Source: an uncultured Bacteroidia bacterium
GTDB taxonomy: Bacteria > Bacteroidota > Bacteroidia > Bacteroidales > ML635J-15
Assembly: GCA_902790405.1 (NCBI GenBank)
Contig: CADARW010000001.1
Span: 1-46,220 of the forward strand
Direction: 5' to 3'
Length of the DNA stretch: 46,220 nt
The notes under the pieces: model-generated
Databases searched by the model: none
What the model was told of the DNA's origin: nothing
What the model saw: only the letters and a program-made list of their open reading frames with translations
In this document: positions 8,668 to 20,000 of the stretch, one piece after another
Layout: every line of letters begins with the position of its first letter
Position numbering within the stretch: the first letter of the stretch is position 1
Translations under genes and position numbers: made by a program

Positions 8668-10035
8668 TTACTTCGTTTCTGCAAAATACTTGTAGAACAG
8701 CGGAATAGTTTCGATTCCCTTGAGGAAATTCTCGATAGGATAATTCTCGTTCGGTGAGTGTATTGCGTCCGATTCAAGACCAAAGCCCATAAGAATCGAC
8801 TTTATGCCAAGCACTTCTTCGAAACGCGAGATGATAGGAATACTTCCACCGCTGCGAACAGGAATCGGGCGTTTGCCGAATACTTCGATGTATGCCTTTT
8901 CGGCTGCCTTGTATGCAGGAAGGTCTATTGGACAAACGTATCCCTGTCCTCCATGTAGCGGACGAACTTCGACCTTTACATATTCAGGAGCAACCTTTTC
9001 GAAGTATTCTTTGAAAAGCTGAGCAATCTTCTTGTGGTCCTGGTTTGGAACAAGGCGGGTCGAAATCTTTGCAAATGCCTTCGATGGAAGTACGGTCTTG
9101 GAACCTTCGCCAGTATAGCCACCCCAAATTCCGCATACGTCCAGACACGGACGGATACCTGTGCGTTCGCAAGTTGTAAAGCCCTTTTCTCCCTTCAGTG
9201 CCTTAACATCGATAGCTTTCTTGTATTCTTCCTCGTTGAACGGCTTGCCAGCAAGCAATTCTCTTTCCTCTGCCGAAACTTCGAGAACATCATCGTAGAA
9301 TCCTGGAATTGTAATCTTGCCGTTTTCATCGTGAAGTTCGGCTATCATCTTGCAAAGCACGTTGATAGGATTTGCTACTGCTCCGCCGAAAATTCCACTG
9401 TGAAGGTCGTGGTCGGGACCAGTAACTTCAACTTCCCAGTATGCAAGACCGCGAAGTCCTGTGGTAACGCTCGGAATGTCCGATGCGATCATTCCTGTGT
9501 CGGAAACAAGTATAACATCGCCCTTCAACAGGTCCTTTTGTTCTGCGCACCATTCGGTAAGGCTCGGTGAACCAATTTCTTCTTCGCCTTCGAGCATAAA
9601 CTTGACGTTGCAAGGCAAGGTGTTGGTCTTTACCATAAGTTCGAATGCCTTTGCATGCATAAAGCTCTGTCCCTTGTCGTCGTCGGCACCGCGAGCCCAG
9701 ATCTTACCTTCTTTGATAACTGGTTCGAAAGGTTCTGTCTTCCAAAGTTCTATCGGGTCAACCGGCATAACATCGTAGTGTCCGTAAACTATAACTGTTG
9801 GCTTCGACGGGTCGATGATTTTTTCACCGTAAACTATTGGGTTGCCCTTGGTTGGCATAACTTCTGCCTTGTCGGCACCAGCCTGCTTGAGCAAGTATTT
9901 CCAGTGTTCTGCACACTTTATCATGTCCGACTTGTGCGATGCTTCCGAGCTTATTGACGGAATGCGAATCAAACCGAAAAGTTCCTCGAAGAACCTTTCT
10001 CTGTTTTCCTTGATATAATCCTTGATGTAAGTCAT
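8668..10035 (-). CDS. M20 family dipeptidase
   Basis: YGHYDVMP, ARGADDDKGQ, EGEEEIGS, DLHSG, GGSIP, IHSPNE. Confidence 0.92.
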   Translation of the reverse strand: MTYIKDYIKENRERFFEELFGLIRIPSISSEASHKSDMIKCAEHWKYLLKQAGADKAEVMPTKGNPIVYGEKIIDPSKPTVIVYGHYDVMPVDPIELWKTEPFEPVIKEGKIWARGADDDKGQSFMHAKAFELMVKTNTLPCNVKFMLEGEEEIGSPSLTEWCAEQKDLLKGDVILVSDTGMIASDIPSVTTGLRGLAYWEVEVTGPDHDLHSGIFGGAVANPINVLCKMIAELHDENGKITIPGFYDDVLEVSAEERELLAGKPFNEEEYKKAIDVKALKGEKGFTTCERTGIRPCLDVCGIWGGYTGEGSKTVLPSKAFAKISTRLVPNQDHKKIAQLFKEYFEKVAPEYVKVEVRPLHGGQGYVCPIDLPAYKAAEKAYIEVFGKRPIPVRSGGSIPIISRFEEVLGIKSILMGFGLESDAIHSPNENYPIENFLKGIETIPLFYKYFAETK

Positions 10036-10065
10036 AGTGTTATTGTTTTTTCTGAGTTTGAAGTT

Positions 10066-10101
10066 GTTTCTAAGTTTCTAGGTTTCTGAGTTTCTAAGTT
10101 T
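10066..10101. repeat. Octamer tandem repeat (GTTTCTRR)x4.5
   Basis: GTTTCTAA GTTTCTAG GTTTCTGA GTTTCTAA GTTT. Confidence 0.8.
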
Positions 10102-10125
10102 ATTGAAATAGAATCGTATATACTT

Positions 10126-10782
10126 TTAGTATTTTCTCTTGTATGCGCTCGAGAAGTAGAAATGCCCCTGCACACCAATTACCTGATAATACTTGTTGAA
10201 GCTGCCAAATAGCGAAACGCCAATTCCTAAGTCGTATAGGAATTTGAATGTTGTCTGAACTTCCACATGTCCGCCTACAGTGTGTTTAACAATCGAACCG
10301 CTTGGATTGTCGGGGTTTGGAATCATTGCTATTGCCCATGCTGGACCAATGAAAAAAGCAAAGTTGTACCATCTGTCCTCAAATCGCAACCCGGCACCTA
10401 CATGAAAGTCGTTGAGTTGGTGTGTTGCACGCGAATTCAGGTTTTTGTTATACCAGTATTCTATGAAGTAGTATTCCCCTGAGAAATGCCATCCGACGTT
10501 GAAGTACATGGCTTTGTAGCGGAAATGGTAGGCTAGGGCGGCTGTTCTGTTGAGGCCTTTTTCGTAAGTGGGTTCGTAGTTAATCTTGTAGCTTACCCCC
10601 AAACCGAATGTTAGCCAGTTGCTGCCTTTCTTGTATATCTTTTCTCCATACTGAACCTCGCCGAACATCTTTTCGTACTTTGTCTTTTCTCTAGTGGCAC
10701 GAGGAGTTGTGTTGTCGGTCTGTGCGACAATCACCATTGTGCATAGTGCGAATAATATGGTAAGTATCAGTTTTTTATTCAT
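10126..10782 (-). CDS. Hypothetical exported, probably outer-membrane beta-barrel protein
   Basis: Signal peptide; alternating aromatic/Gly beta-strand pattern; start overlaps the nitroreductase stop. Confidence 0.7.
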   Translation of the reverse strand: MNKKLILTILFALCTMVIVAQTDNTTPRATREKTKYEKMFGEVQYGEKIYKKGSNWLTFGLGVSYKINYEPTYEKGLNRTAALAYHFRYKAMYFNVGWHFSGEYYFIEYWYNKNLNSRATHQLNDFHVGAGLRFEDRWYNFAFFIGPAWAIAMIPNPDNPSGSIVKHTVGGHVEVQTTFKFLYDLGIGVSLFGSFNKYYQVIGVQGHFYFSSAYKRKY

Positions 10783-11524
10783 TTGGCAAAAATCCTTGTT
10801 TCTTCAATACTTCGAGCAGGCATTTAGATGCTTGTTCGTTGCCTTCCTTTGTGTATCTTACTTCTGCAAAAACTTGAGCAAGTGTCTGTTTATTGTTCTC
10901 GGCAACGAATTTTTTGTTCGATTCGAGCTTTTCGGTTTCTGTGTAAATCCTGTCGATGTCGCTTGCGCTAAAGTTGTGATAAGTCTCGCGATGAACTATC
11001 GCCTCAAGCGGAAGTCGTTCGGTAAGTGGCTGTTGCTGTTCCGGGTAGCCCATTGTTACTGTCGCAACAGGAACAACGCCTTTCGGAAGTTTCAGAATCT
11101 CAATAATCTTGTCGGCATTGTAGATGACCGTACCTAAATAGCAAATTCCCAATCCGTTGCTTTCGGCTTCGAGGCAGGCGTTTTGTGCTGCAATTATGGC
11201 ATCGGTGGCAGCCGTCATAAAAGTTAGGAAATTGTCGAATCCAGCCTTGGCATTCCGATTTTCGCACCAGATTTTAAAGCGGTTGATGTCGGCGCAGAAT
11301 GTGAGCACTGCCTTTGCGTTAGTTATTGCTGGCTGGCAGAAGTGCGTTGGTGCCAACTTTTCTATCATTTCCTTGTCGGTGTTGACAATGATGCTGTAAA
11401 TCTGCATGTTGCCAGTGTTCGATGCCCTTGATGCGGCTTCGAGAACCTTATTTAGAACGCTTTCGGGAATCTCCTTGTCGGCATATTCCCTTACCGATAC
11501 GTGGTCGAAAATTTCCTTTACCAT
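10775..11524 (-). CDS. Nitroreductase family protein (NfsA/Frp-like)
   Basis: HVSVREY, ASNTGNMQIYS, DAIIAAQN...AESNGLGICYLG, TMGYP, RLPLEAIVH. Confidence 0.9.
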   Translation of the reverse strand: MVKEIFDHVSVREYADKEIPESVLNKVLEAASRASNTGNMQIYSIIVNTDKEMIEKLAPTHFCQPAITNAKAVLTFCADINRFKIWCENRNAKAGFDNFLTFMTAATDAIIAAQNACLEAESNGLGICYLGTVIYNADKIIEILKLPKGVVPVATVTMGYPEQQQPLTERLPLEAIVHRETYHNFSASDIDRIYTETEKLESNKKFVAENNKQTLAQVFAEVRYTKEGNEQASKCLLEVLKKQGFLPNE

Positions 11525-11526
11525 AA

Positions 11527-12498
11527 TTATTTCAACTTTTCTGCTATTACCTTATTGAGTATTTCTGTCATGTTTTTGCCCATGGTGCGAATCTGCTTAG
11601 GCACAATGCTTTCGGCGCTCATGCCCGGAATGGAGTTTACCTCTATGAAATACGGTGTTCCTTCCTTGATAATGAAGTCGATACGAACGATTCCGCTGCA
11701 ACCGATAATGTCGTAAATGCGCGATACGGCTTCCTGCACCTTGCGTGTTTCGTCGTCGCTGATGCGGGCAGGGGTGATTTCGTTGGTGACACCTGGCGTA
11801 TATTTTGCTTCGGTGTCGAAATAGTCGTTCTTGGTCGATATTTCCGTTACGGGGAAAACCTGCTCGTAGTCGGCAGTCTTGAGTACGCCGCACGAAACTT
11901 CGGTACCCTTGATGTATTCCTCGACGATAATGTTTGTATCTTCGGTACGTGCAAGGTTTATTGCATCGATGAACTTGTCCTTTTCGTAAACTTTTGTAAC
12001 ACCGAAGCTTGAGCCTGCTGTAGCTGGTTTTACGAAGCAAGGCAGACCGACCTTTTCGATGATTTCGTCAACATCGAAAGGATTTTCGCCACGGATTATT
12101 GCCATCTTTGCCATTGCAATGCCTTCGTCGGCAAGCATTTTCTTTGCGGCAATCTTGTTGAAAGTTATCATCGACGAGAAAACATCACAGGCGGAATAGG
12201 GGATACCAAGCATATCGAGCCAAGCCTGAACTTTACCGTCTTCGCCGGGAGAACCGTGGAGAGCAAGGTAAGCATAGTCGAATTTTGTCGGTTTGCCTTC
12301 GATTTCTACGGCAAACTTATTAAGGTCAACGCTGTATTCCTTTCCGTTGAAAATGCAGAAGAAACCATCTTTCCTTACATCTACGAGGTAGGCGTTGTAA
12401 AGATTCCTGTCGATGTTTTCAAGAATCTGGCTTCCCGAATTGAGGCTTATCTGTCGTTCCGAAGTGTAGCCTCCTGCCAATACTGCAATGTTTTTCAT
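11527..12498 (-). CDS. ddl: D-alanine--D-alanine ligase
   Basis: GGYTSERQISLNSG, LHGSPGEDG, FVKP..AGSSFG, RIDF, EVNSIPGM. Confidence 0.95.
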   Translation of the reverse strand: MKNIAVLAGGYTSERQISLNSGSQILENIDRNLYNAYLVDVRKDGFFCIFNGKEYSVDLNKFAVEIEGKPTKFDYAYLALHGSPGEDGKVQAWLDMLGIPYSACDVFSSMITFNKIAAKKMLADEGIAMAKMAIIRGENPFDVDEIIEKVGLPCFVKPATAGSSFGVTKVYEKDKFIDAINLARTEDTNIIVEEYIKGTEVSCGVLKTADYEQVFPVTEISTKNDYFDTEAKYTPGVTNEITPARISDDETRKVQEAVSRIYDIIGCSGIVRIDFIIKEGTPYFIEVNSIPGMSAESIVPKQIRTMGKNMTEILNKVIAEKLK

Positions 12499-12499
12499 T

Positions 12500-13984
12500 T
12501 TACTTTTTCCTTATCTTTAGTTTTTGTCCAACTCTTAATTTTGATGGGTCGACACCATTAAGACCGATAATGTCGCTTGCCGAAACTCCATTGTACTTGG
12601 CTGCTATTTTTGCCGGGGTATCGCCTTGCTGCACAGTATAATATTCGTATGCAGGGTCGAGTTTCTGCGGCGTGGTGCTTCCCGAACTTGCGGTTGTCGG
12701 GGTTGTAGTCTTCGGTGCGCCCTTGGTATATATTTTCAGTTTCTGACCAATCTGCAATCTGTCGCTATACAAGCCGTTCCAGCTCTTGATGTTGGCAACC
12801 GTTGTGCCATATCGTTTTGCAATGCTTCCGAGCACGTCGCCCGACTTTACCGTGTATATTGTTGCGTTTGTGCCTGCCGGTTGTCCCGAAGGAACGCCAT
12901 ATTTGCTGTCGGCGATTGCCTGGGTGATTTTCTGCTTGTTGAACATCAACGAATCCTGGAAATGATAAATCGAGTCTTCGAGTTCCATGAACTTGCTGAT
13001 GTATTTGCGTTGCATCTTTAGTGGATAGTATTGTGCTGTTGCTGGTACGATGTCGAGTTTGTACTGCGGATTGAGTTCACGAGTTTCTTCGACAGGTATT
13101 CCGAGAACTGAGTCGAGCTGTGCGAAATGCATCTGCTGCTTTATCATTACGGTATCGACATCTTCGTAGAAATCAATCTTTTCTGGTTTGAAATTGTGCA
13201 ACTTGTGGTATTCGAACATATACATCATAGCGATGAAACCGGGCACATAGTTGCGAGTTTCTTCGGGCAGGTAAGGGTAAATTTCCCAATATGTCGATTT
13301 GCCGGAACGTTTCATTGCACCGTTGATTCTGCCAGGACCTGCATTGTAGGCCGCCAGAGCCAGAGTCCAGTCGTTGTATGTGGTGTATAATAGTTTAAGG
13401 TAACGGCAGGCTGCATCGGTTGATTTCTCGGGGTCCATTCTTTCGTCGATGTACGAAGTTATTTCAAGTCCCATATTAAGACCTGTCTTGTACATGAATT
13501 GCCATAGGCCTACTGCTCCTGCTGGTGATTTTGCTTTCGGGTTGAGGGCTGATTCGATTACAGCCAAGTATTTTAGTTCCAGAGGAATGCCGTAAGCATC
13601 GAGTTTTTCCTCGAACATCGGGAAATACTGGTGCGAAAGTCCAAGCAGTTTGGGCGCCAGTCTGTGTCCACGTTTTACATACTTGTCGATATATTTCTGG
13701 ACATTTGCGTTGTAAACTACGTTTATAGGAGTAGCTATTTTTTCTACTCGTTCCTTAAAAATAGAGTCGGGCAGGTCGGTGTCGAAATAATATCTGTCGT
13801 TGTCCTCGAGGTAGCAGACGGTGTCGCGTCCAGTGTAGTAGTACCATTGCTTTAGGAATACTTCGAGGCTGTCAACCATGTCGAAAGTCTTTTTCCTGCT
13901 GTTGCCTCCTGTTGTGTCGGCGTTCTGTGCCCGAAGCATTCCGGTTGTCAATAATATGAGGAATATGATAAATATTTTTTTCAT
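12500..13984 (-). CDS. mltD: MltD-like lytic transglycosylase with two LysM domains
   Basis: LAVIESALNP, AVGLWQFM, LALAAYNAGPG, ETRNYVP; LysM starts YTVKSGD and YTVQQGDT. Confidence 0.9.
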   Translation of the reverse strand: MKKIFIIFLILLTTGMLRAQNADTTGGNSRKKTFDMVDSLEVFLKQWYYYTGRDTVCYLEDNDRYYFDTDLPDSIFKERVEKIATPINVVYNANVQKYIDKYVKRGHRLAPKLLGLSHQYFPMFEEKLDAYGIPLELKYLAVIESALNPKAKSPAGAVGLWQFMYKTGLNMGLEITSYIDERMDPEKSTDAACRYLKLLYTTYNDWTLALAAYNAGPGRINGAMKRSGKSTYWEIYPYLPEETRNYVPGFIAMMYMFEYHKLHNFKPEKIDFYEDVDTVMIKQQMHFAQLDSVLGIPVEETRELNPQYKLDIVPATAQYYPLKMQRKYISKFMELEDSIYHFQDSLMFNKQKITQAIADSKYGVPSGQPAGTNATIYTVKSGDVLGSIAKRYGTTVANIKSWNGLYSDRLQIGQKLKIYTKGAPKTTTPTTASSGSTTPQKLDPAYEYYTVQQGDTPAKIAAKYNGVSASDIIGLNGVDPSKLRVGQKLKIRKK

Positions 13985-13987
13985 GGT

Positions 13988-14539
13988 TTAGAAGTTTAAG
14001 GTGCAACCTACACCAAATATAGGCGTTTTGGTGTAGATGGAGTTAAAAGTTTGTGGGTAGAAGCAGGCCGACAGGTCGTCGCCAACATCGAAATAAAACA
14101 GATGAGCGTCGACGTTAGCATCGACAATTTGCAGGGCATAGAACAGAACAGCGCCAGCGATTGTATAATCGCGTATTTTTCGGTTGCGGTCCATGTTGTT
14201 CATTAGGGCTTCCTTCGAAAGCATGCCGTAGAATTCGTCGTGTTCGCCATTGTCGCGTTGCATGTAGGCCTTCTTGAACCTACTGAACTGCTGCTGGTTG
14301 CTGATAGCAAAGTAAATGCAGGTGCCCATTGTGGCGTATACTATTGGCATCTTCCAATATTTGCGGTTGTATGCCTGACCTGCGCTGGGGATTAATGCCA
14401 GGAGCGTAGCTGTCTTTGGAGAATGGAATTTTTCCTTCTCTTTGGCTTGCTCCCTGCTTATTGTGTCAATTTGTGCATTTGTGCTTAATGCAAAGATAAT
14501 CAAACCGATAGTGAATAATATTTTTTTCGCAATTTTCAA
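13988..14539 (-). CDS. DUF5683-family protein
   Basis: SPKTATLLALIPSAGQAYNRKYWK and IVDANVDAHL; typical position between parB and mltD in Bacteroidales; TTG start. Confidence 0.75.
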   Translation of the reverse strand: MKIAKKILFTIGLIIFALSTNAQIDTISREQAKEKEKFHSPKTATLLALIPSAGQAYNRKYWKMPIVYATMGTCIYFAISNQQQFSRFKKAYMQRDNGEHDEFYGMLSKEALMNNMDRNRKIRDYTIAGAVLFYALQIVDANVDAHLFYFDVGDDLSACFYPQTFNSIYTKTPIFGVGCTLNF

Positions 14540-14549
14540 TTTCCGATTG

Positions 14550-15452
14550 CTAAGAGTTTAGTTTGTCAAGGATTGAAATAATGCGTTCGAATTCGCTGTC
14601 GTTCTTGAATGGGATTACTATCTTGCCTTTGCCCTTTGCGTTGCGCTTGAGTTCTACGTCGGTTGCAAAGCAGTTCGAAAGGCCTTTCTGAAGCAATGCA
14701 TAGTCTTCGCTGGTTGCAAGCACTTTCTTCTTCTCCTTTTTTTCTGCTTTTCCGCCGGAGTATTCCTTTATGATTTCCTCGACCTTGCGTACCGAGAAGT
14801 CGTATTTCAGTATTTGGTCGTAGATCATGAGCATTGTCTCCTCGTCCTTTGCGCCGAGCAGTGCGCGTGCGTGTCCCATCGAGATTTTCTCGTCGCGGAT
14901 GCCGGTCTGGATTTTTGGCGGAAGGTTGAGCAGACGCAGGAAGTTGGCAATTGCCGAACGCGATTTTCCGACGCGAGTGCTTAGTTGTTCCTGTGTCATC
15001 TTGCATTCGTCGATGAGTTGCTGGTATGTTTGTGCCACCTCTATTGCGTTGAGGTCCTCACGCTGAATGTTTTCAACTAGAGCCATTTCCAACATCGACT
15101 GGTCGGTGACATCGGTACGGATGTATGCCGGAATCTTTTTCAGTCCGGCCATCTTGGATGCACGCAGACGACGTTCTCCCGAAATGAGCTGGTATTTGCC
15201 ATTGCCCATGTCCTTAACCGAAATTGCTTGGATTACACCGAGTTCCTTTATTGAGTCGGCTAATTCCTGCAAAGCGGTTTCATCAAAGTCCTTACGAGGC
15301 TGGAATGGGTTTACCTCGATTGAGTCTATTGCGATTTCGTTCTGTTGTGTAGCCTTGTTCCTTATGGCTGATGCATCGGTGTCAATTAGAGAACCAAGTC
15401 CACGTCCGAGACCACTTTTCTTATTTTTCTTTGTATCTTTCTTGTCTGTCAT
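14550..15452 (-). CDS. parB: Chromosome partitioning protein ParB
   Basis: GLGRGLGSLI, NPFQPRK, SGERRLRA, ALVENIQREDL, HTH region, GHARALL. Confidence 0.96.
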   Translation of the reverse strand: MTDKKDTKKNKKSGLGRGLGSLIDTDASAIRNKATQQNEIAIDSIEVNPFQPRKDFDETALQELADSIKELGVIQAISVKDMGNGKYQLISGERRLRASKMAGLKKIPAYIRTDVTDQSMLEMALVENIQREDLNAIEVAQTYQQLIDECKMTQEQLSTRVGKSRSAIANFLRLLNLPPKIQTGIRDEKISMGHARALLGAKDEETMLMIYDQILKYDFSVRKVEEIIKEYSGGKAEKKEKKKVLATSEDYALLQKGLSNCFATDVELKRNAKGKGKIVIPFKNDSEFERIISILDKLNS

Positions 15453-15453
15453 A

Positions 15454-16230
15454 TTACTTAGTCATATTGTTACGTTGCAGAAGTTCCTTTGCGAGGTTCA
15501 TGTAGTTTATTGCACCAGTAGAGCTAACATCGTATTCCACAATCGACTGTCCGTAGCTTGGAGCTTCGCTTAGTTTTACATTTCTGTGTATTATCGTATT
15601 GAAAACCATATCGTCGAAATGATGCCTTACCTCGTCGAGCACCTGTTCTGAAATCTTCACGCGCTTGTCGTACATTGTCATAACAAAGCCTTCGATGTCG
15701 AGATCGGGGTTTGTGTTGCTCTGGACTATGCGGATTGTATTTAACAGTTTGCCAAGTCCTTCGAGGGCGAAGTACTCGCATTGTACAGGAATAAGTACTG
15801 AGTCGGATGCAGTAAGTGCGTTGATTACAATTATTCCGAGCGATGGCGAGCAGTCGATGAGGATGAAATCGTACTTGTCGCGAATTTTGTCAAGAACATT
15901 CTTTAATATGTATTCTCGGTTTGGCATATCGAGCATTTCGATTTCAGCACCAACAAGGTCGATGTTGGTCGGAAGTATCGACAGACCATCGAGTTCTTCG
16001 GATGTAAGTATTACTTTTTCAGGATCTTCATCCTTTACAAGGCAGTCGTAAAGACCTGTGCGAATGTTCTTTACATCAAAACCAAATCCCGATGTGGTGT
16101 TTGCCTGCGGGTCGGCATCGACGAGCAGCACCTTGTACTCAAGAGCTACGAGGCTTGCTGCGAGGTTTATGGCTGTGGTGGTCTTCCCAACTCCACCTTT
16201 CTGATTGGCTAATGCTATTATCTTACCCAT
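15454..16230 (-). CDS. parA: Chromosome partitioning ATPase ParA/Soj
   Basis: NQKGGVGKTTT, DADPQAN, IDCSPSLG, PVQCEYFALEG, LSEAPSYG. Confidence 0.96.
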   Translation of the reverse strand: MGKIIALANQKGGVGKTTTAINLAASLVALEYKVLLVDADPQANTTSGFGFDVKNIRTGLYDCLVKDEDPEKVILTSEELDGLSILPTNIDLVGAEIEMLDMPNREYILKNVLDKIRDKYDFILIDCSPSLGIIVINALTASDSVLIPVQCEYFALEGLGKLLNTIRIVQSNTNPDLDIEGFVMTMYDKRVKISEQVLDEVRHHFDDMVFNTIIHRNVKLSEAPSYGQSIVEYDVSSTGAINYMNLAKELLQRNNMTK

Positions 16231-16386
16231 TTTGTTTCGTTATAAATTCAAATGTCAAAAGTAATATTTATTGGTGAAATAGCCGCTGTTTTGGCAGACA
16301 GATTTTCCAACTTGTTCATAACTTTTTTGTATGTCGCTAATAATCAGCACCGATATTTTTCGGGCTGTGAATGGCTTTTTGCCTGT

Positions 16387-16851
16387 TCAAAGTTTGATTT
16401 CGCTGTCGGGCGAATGTGGATTTTCGGTCGTCGTGGTTATTTCGGTGCTATCCTTTGCCGGTTTGTTTTTGTCGCCAGTGTTGAGGAAGGCGAAGAATAC
16501 CGCTAATATTATAAAGCCGAATGCCACAAGGTGATTCCATTTTATAGGTTCTCCCTTGAAAACCAGTGCGACAATAGCAGTGAAAACCGTTAACGAGATG
16601 GCTTCCTGTATGATTTTTAGCTGCATAAGTGAGAATGGACCACCGTTAATCTGCGAACCTAGGCGGTTGGCGGGAATCATTGCGCAGTATTCGAAGAAAG
16701 CAAGCCCCCACGAACATAATATTATCAGTATCAGCGGCCACGAGGTGGAAATGTCCATCTGCTGCAGTTTCAGGTTGCCGTACCACGCGAATGTCATAAA
16801 TATGTTGGATACTAGCAATAGTAATATCGTAAATATTCCGGCTGTTGTCAT
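16387..16851 (-). CDS. DMT-family small membrane protein (DUF486-like)
   Basis: SNIFMTFAWYG, SWGLAFFEY...IPANRLG, QLKIIQEAISL; start could be 16872. Confidence 0.8.
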   Translation of the reverse strand: MTTAGIFTILLLLVSNIFMTFAWYGNLKLQQMDISTSWPLILIILCSWGLAFFEYCAMIPANRLGSQINGGPFSLMQLKIIQEAISLTVFTAIVALVFKGEPIKWNHLVAFGFIILAVFFAFLNTGDKNKPAKDSTEITTTTENPHSPDSEIKL

Positions 16852-16976
16852 ATTTCGTTTCCTTTGTGTCATCGTTAAAATGAAAAATCGTGCAAAGATA
16901 TTGCAAAAATCGTTGCGATGAGATTTTTTTGTTGAATAGCGCTATGGTATGTATTTACTGTGAGTGGCTGCGGCGC

Positions 16977-17007
16977 AAAAAAAAAAGGTCGCACGAAAGC
17001 GACCTTG
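16977..17007 (-). terminator. Intrinsic terminator of adhesin gene 1
   Basis: AAGGTCGC-ACGAAA-GCGACCTT followed by a long T-run on the minus strand. Confidence 0.85.
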
Positions 17008-17027
17008 TCTATTTTGTGTTGCATAAA

Positions 17028-20000
17028 TTATTCAACAACAATCTGCTCAACGTAAACCTTGTCGCCGCTGATGATTCTTATGAAGTAAGTGCCAGCATGT
17101 AGATTGTGGTTGAAGTTCATGGTTTCACCATCCATCACGTTGATGTCGCGAGTTTCAACAACAGCACCGCGAGCGTCGATGAGCTGGTAGGTTGCCTCTC
17201 CTTCGAAGTTGCTGAAGTCGATGCTGAAAGTACCATTATTGGGATTCGGATAAACTACCATATACCCAGCTTCGGACATATTAACCGAACTTATAAAGAC
17301 GAATGTTACAGCAAGAGTGTGGTTTGCATTTACAGGCTCGAATGTATATGTGAAAGATTGGTTTTCGGAGAATTCTCCGCTTACCTCAACTTCTTCGTCA
17401 TCAATAGTAAGTGTTCCTATAATATACCTGTCTCCATTTGTTGTAGTATAACCGACGATTTCGAATGATGGAGTTGCTCCTTCCTGCACCGTAACAGTTT
17501 CATTGTCTTGTAGTTCTGTGCCATTGTAAGTTACAGAGCCATATTCCTCTTTTCTAATAGTAATAGTATAGGTAGGTATTGCTTCGAAGGTTGCTGCAAT
17601 AGTGTGGTTTGCATTTACGTTTGTGAAAGTGTAAACACCATCGACAAGCTGGTCAATTGCTTCAGCACCGTCGACCATGACACTTGCTAGACGATAGTCG
17701 GCGTTGGCTGTAATTGTAAACGACTGGCTTGTAGTTTCGTAAACGGTCACATTTCCCGACGGGGTGATGGTTCCGCCATCGCCAGCTGTTGCTGTGATAG
17801 TGTATCCAAACGGCAAAGTGGTGAATGTGTTTACGGCAGTCCAATTGTCGTCGTCGCTGCCACATACGCCATTAATCTGGTAGTAATATGTAGTATTCGA
17901 TGGCAATCCTGTCAATTCGAAGGGCGGAGTGGCAGAAGTAACCTCTGTCCAATCGAGAGTTTCTATTGTAGCCACAACCGCAATATCATCCAAATTGAAA
18001 TAGAACATGTTTGAACTGTTGAAATGGCGTATTGCAACATAAACCGTCTGTCCGGCGTATGCGGTAAGGTCGGTGTTCTTTTCGCCCCACGCGCCCTGGG
18101 TTCTGTGAGTGCCACCTGCAGCATTCAAATCCTCTTCCCACAGCAATGTGAAAGCGTCGAGGTCGGTTGTGGTGGTTGAAATGTAAACGCCATAATGTTC
18201 GCTAGGATATGCCACGTCCTGAACGTTCACATAGAATCTGAAATTGATGCTTTCGGCATTTTCGGGCAATGCGACAGCGGGAGTAATAAGCCAGTTGTCG
18301 GGAGTAAGCGTACCTGCCGTAAAATCGAAACTTTGCGAAGAGAGCATATCGCTACCGCTATGTGCCACATAACCCGACATCAACTCCGACGACAGTCCCC
18401 AGGTGAATCCGGCGCCATCGGCATCAACAATAGTCCATTCGTCCGAAATGCCGTTTTCGAAACTTTCCGACAACAAAGTCTGTGTTCTGGAATCTCTGTA
18501 ACGCAAGACATAGCTGTCGCTGGCTCCTGTCCATGTTATACTAGCAGAGTTAACTGTAGTTACCACATTGAGATTTGACGGTTGCGGGCATTCTGCGACA
18601 GTAGTAAATGTGTTTATTTCTGACCAGTTGTCGTTGATATTGCCACAAATTCCGTTAACCTGATATTCGTAGGTAGCTCCTGGTGTCAATTCAGCCAAGT
18701 CAACAAGAGTATACGTTGCCGTTAGCACAGTCCATACACTATTATATTCTACATTTATACTGAATTCGTCAATATTCAAAAAGAACATATCATAGCAATT
18801 GAAATGGCGGATTGCGATATATACGGTCCGTCCTGCGTATGCGGTAAGATCGGTATTCTTTTCGCCCCATGCGCCAGGAACTCCTCTGTGAGAACCGCCC
18901 TCGGCAGTCATATTTTCCTCCCACAGCAATGTGAATGCAGCCGTATCAACCGTAGTTGTCGAAATATAAACTCCATAGTGATCTTCGGCAAACTCAGAAT
19001 CCTGAGCATTTGCATAAAACTTAAGATTAATGTTTTCTACTCCCTGCGGCAATGCGACAGCAGGAGTTATTATCCAGTTGTCTGGACTAAGAGCTCCAGC
19101 CGAAAAATCGTAACTTCCAGAAGTAATACAATCACTTCCACCATAACCACCGGAAGTCTCCCCCCAAGTGTATCCGTCACCGTCTGAGTCAATATTTGTC
19201 CATCCTTCCGGAATGCCATTTTCGAATCCCTCAGAGAATATAACCTGCTGGGGCTCTGATATTTCTCTTCTGTATCTTATTTCATAACTTTCGTTATTAC
19301 CAGTCCAACTAATAGTCGCAGTGTTTTCCGACACATCGTTTGCCCGCAAATCTGCAGGGACTCTACAATACGAACAGCTTACAATATATGTTACGGCAGA
19401 CGACATTGTCCCTGAACCCGAAAATATCTCCTCTTCGTTTGTCCCATATACGACATAAGAACATTCGTTATCATAACTGCCAGAAACCCAGCTAAATGCT
19501 AATTCCATGCCGCTTTGAACTGGAAAATAAACAATATTAACCTCGTTCTCACCTGAGCCAGAAATACCATTTAGGTTCTGGTTAGTAACCGTTCCCAAAA
19601 CCTCCCCCGTTGCAACATTTGTTATGCTAATAGCAGCGCCATTCCAACTATCGCCATAGCTATCGGTAAGTTCGAAACGTATTTTGCACAAATCCTCATA
19701 AGTTTCAAAAGAAACTGCCTCAGACCACTTACTTATGCCATTTTCTCCGCCGCAAACTGCACGCACCTTTACCGAATAAGAAGTAGCCTCGTCCAAACCG
19801 CTCAATACATACTGATTTGTATTTACATCTATAAGATTGTCCTCATCATCGTTTATACAAATCTGCCAAGAAGTTTCGTCAGAACCAGGAGTCCATGATA
19901 CTACAGCAGAACGATCGGTCACATTAGAAACATTCAAATCGGTAGGATCATGGCAAAGACCTGCATCTATTACCATAAAATTATTCAACTTAATTTCATA

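Noticed and set aside
14550-16390. parS site or oriC near parAB
   Set aside because: No GTTTCACGTGAAAC-like palindrome or cluster of TTATCCACA boxes seen; only weak partial matches near 16303-16321
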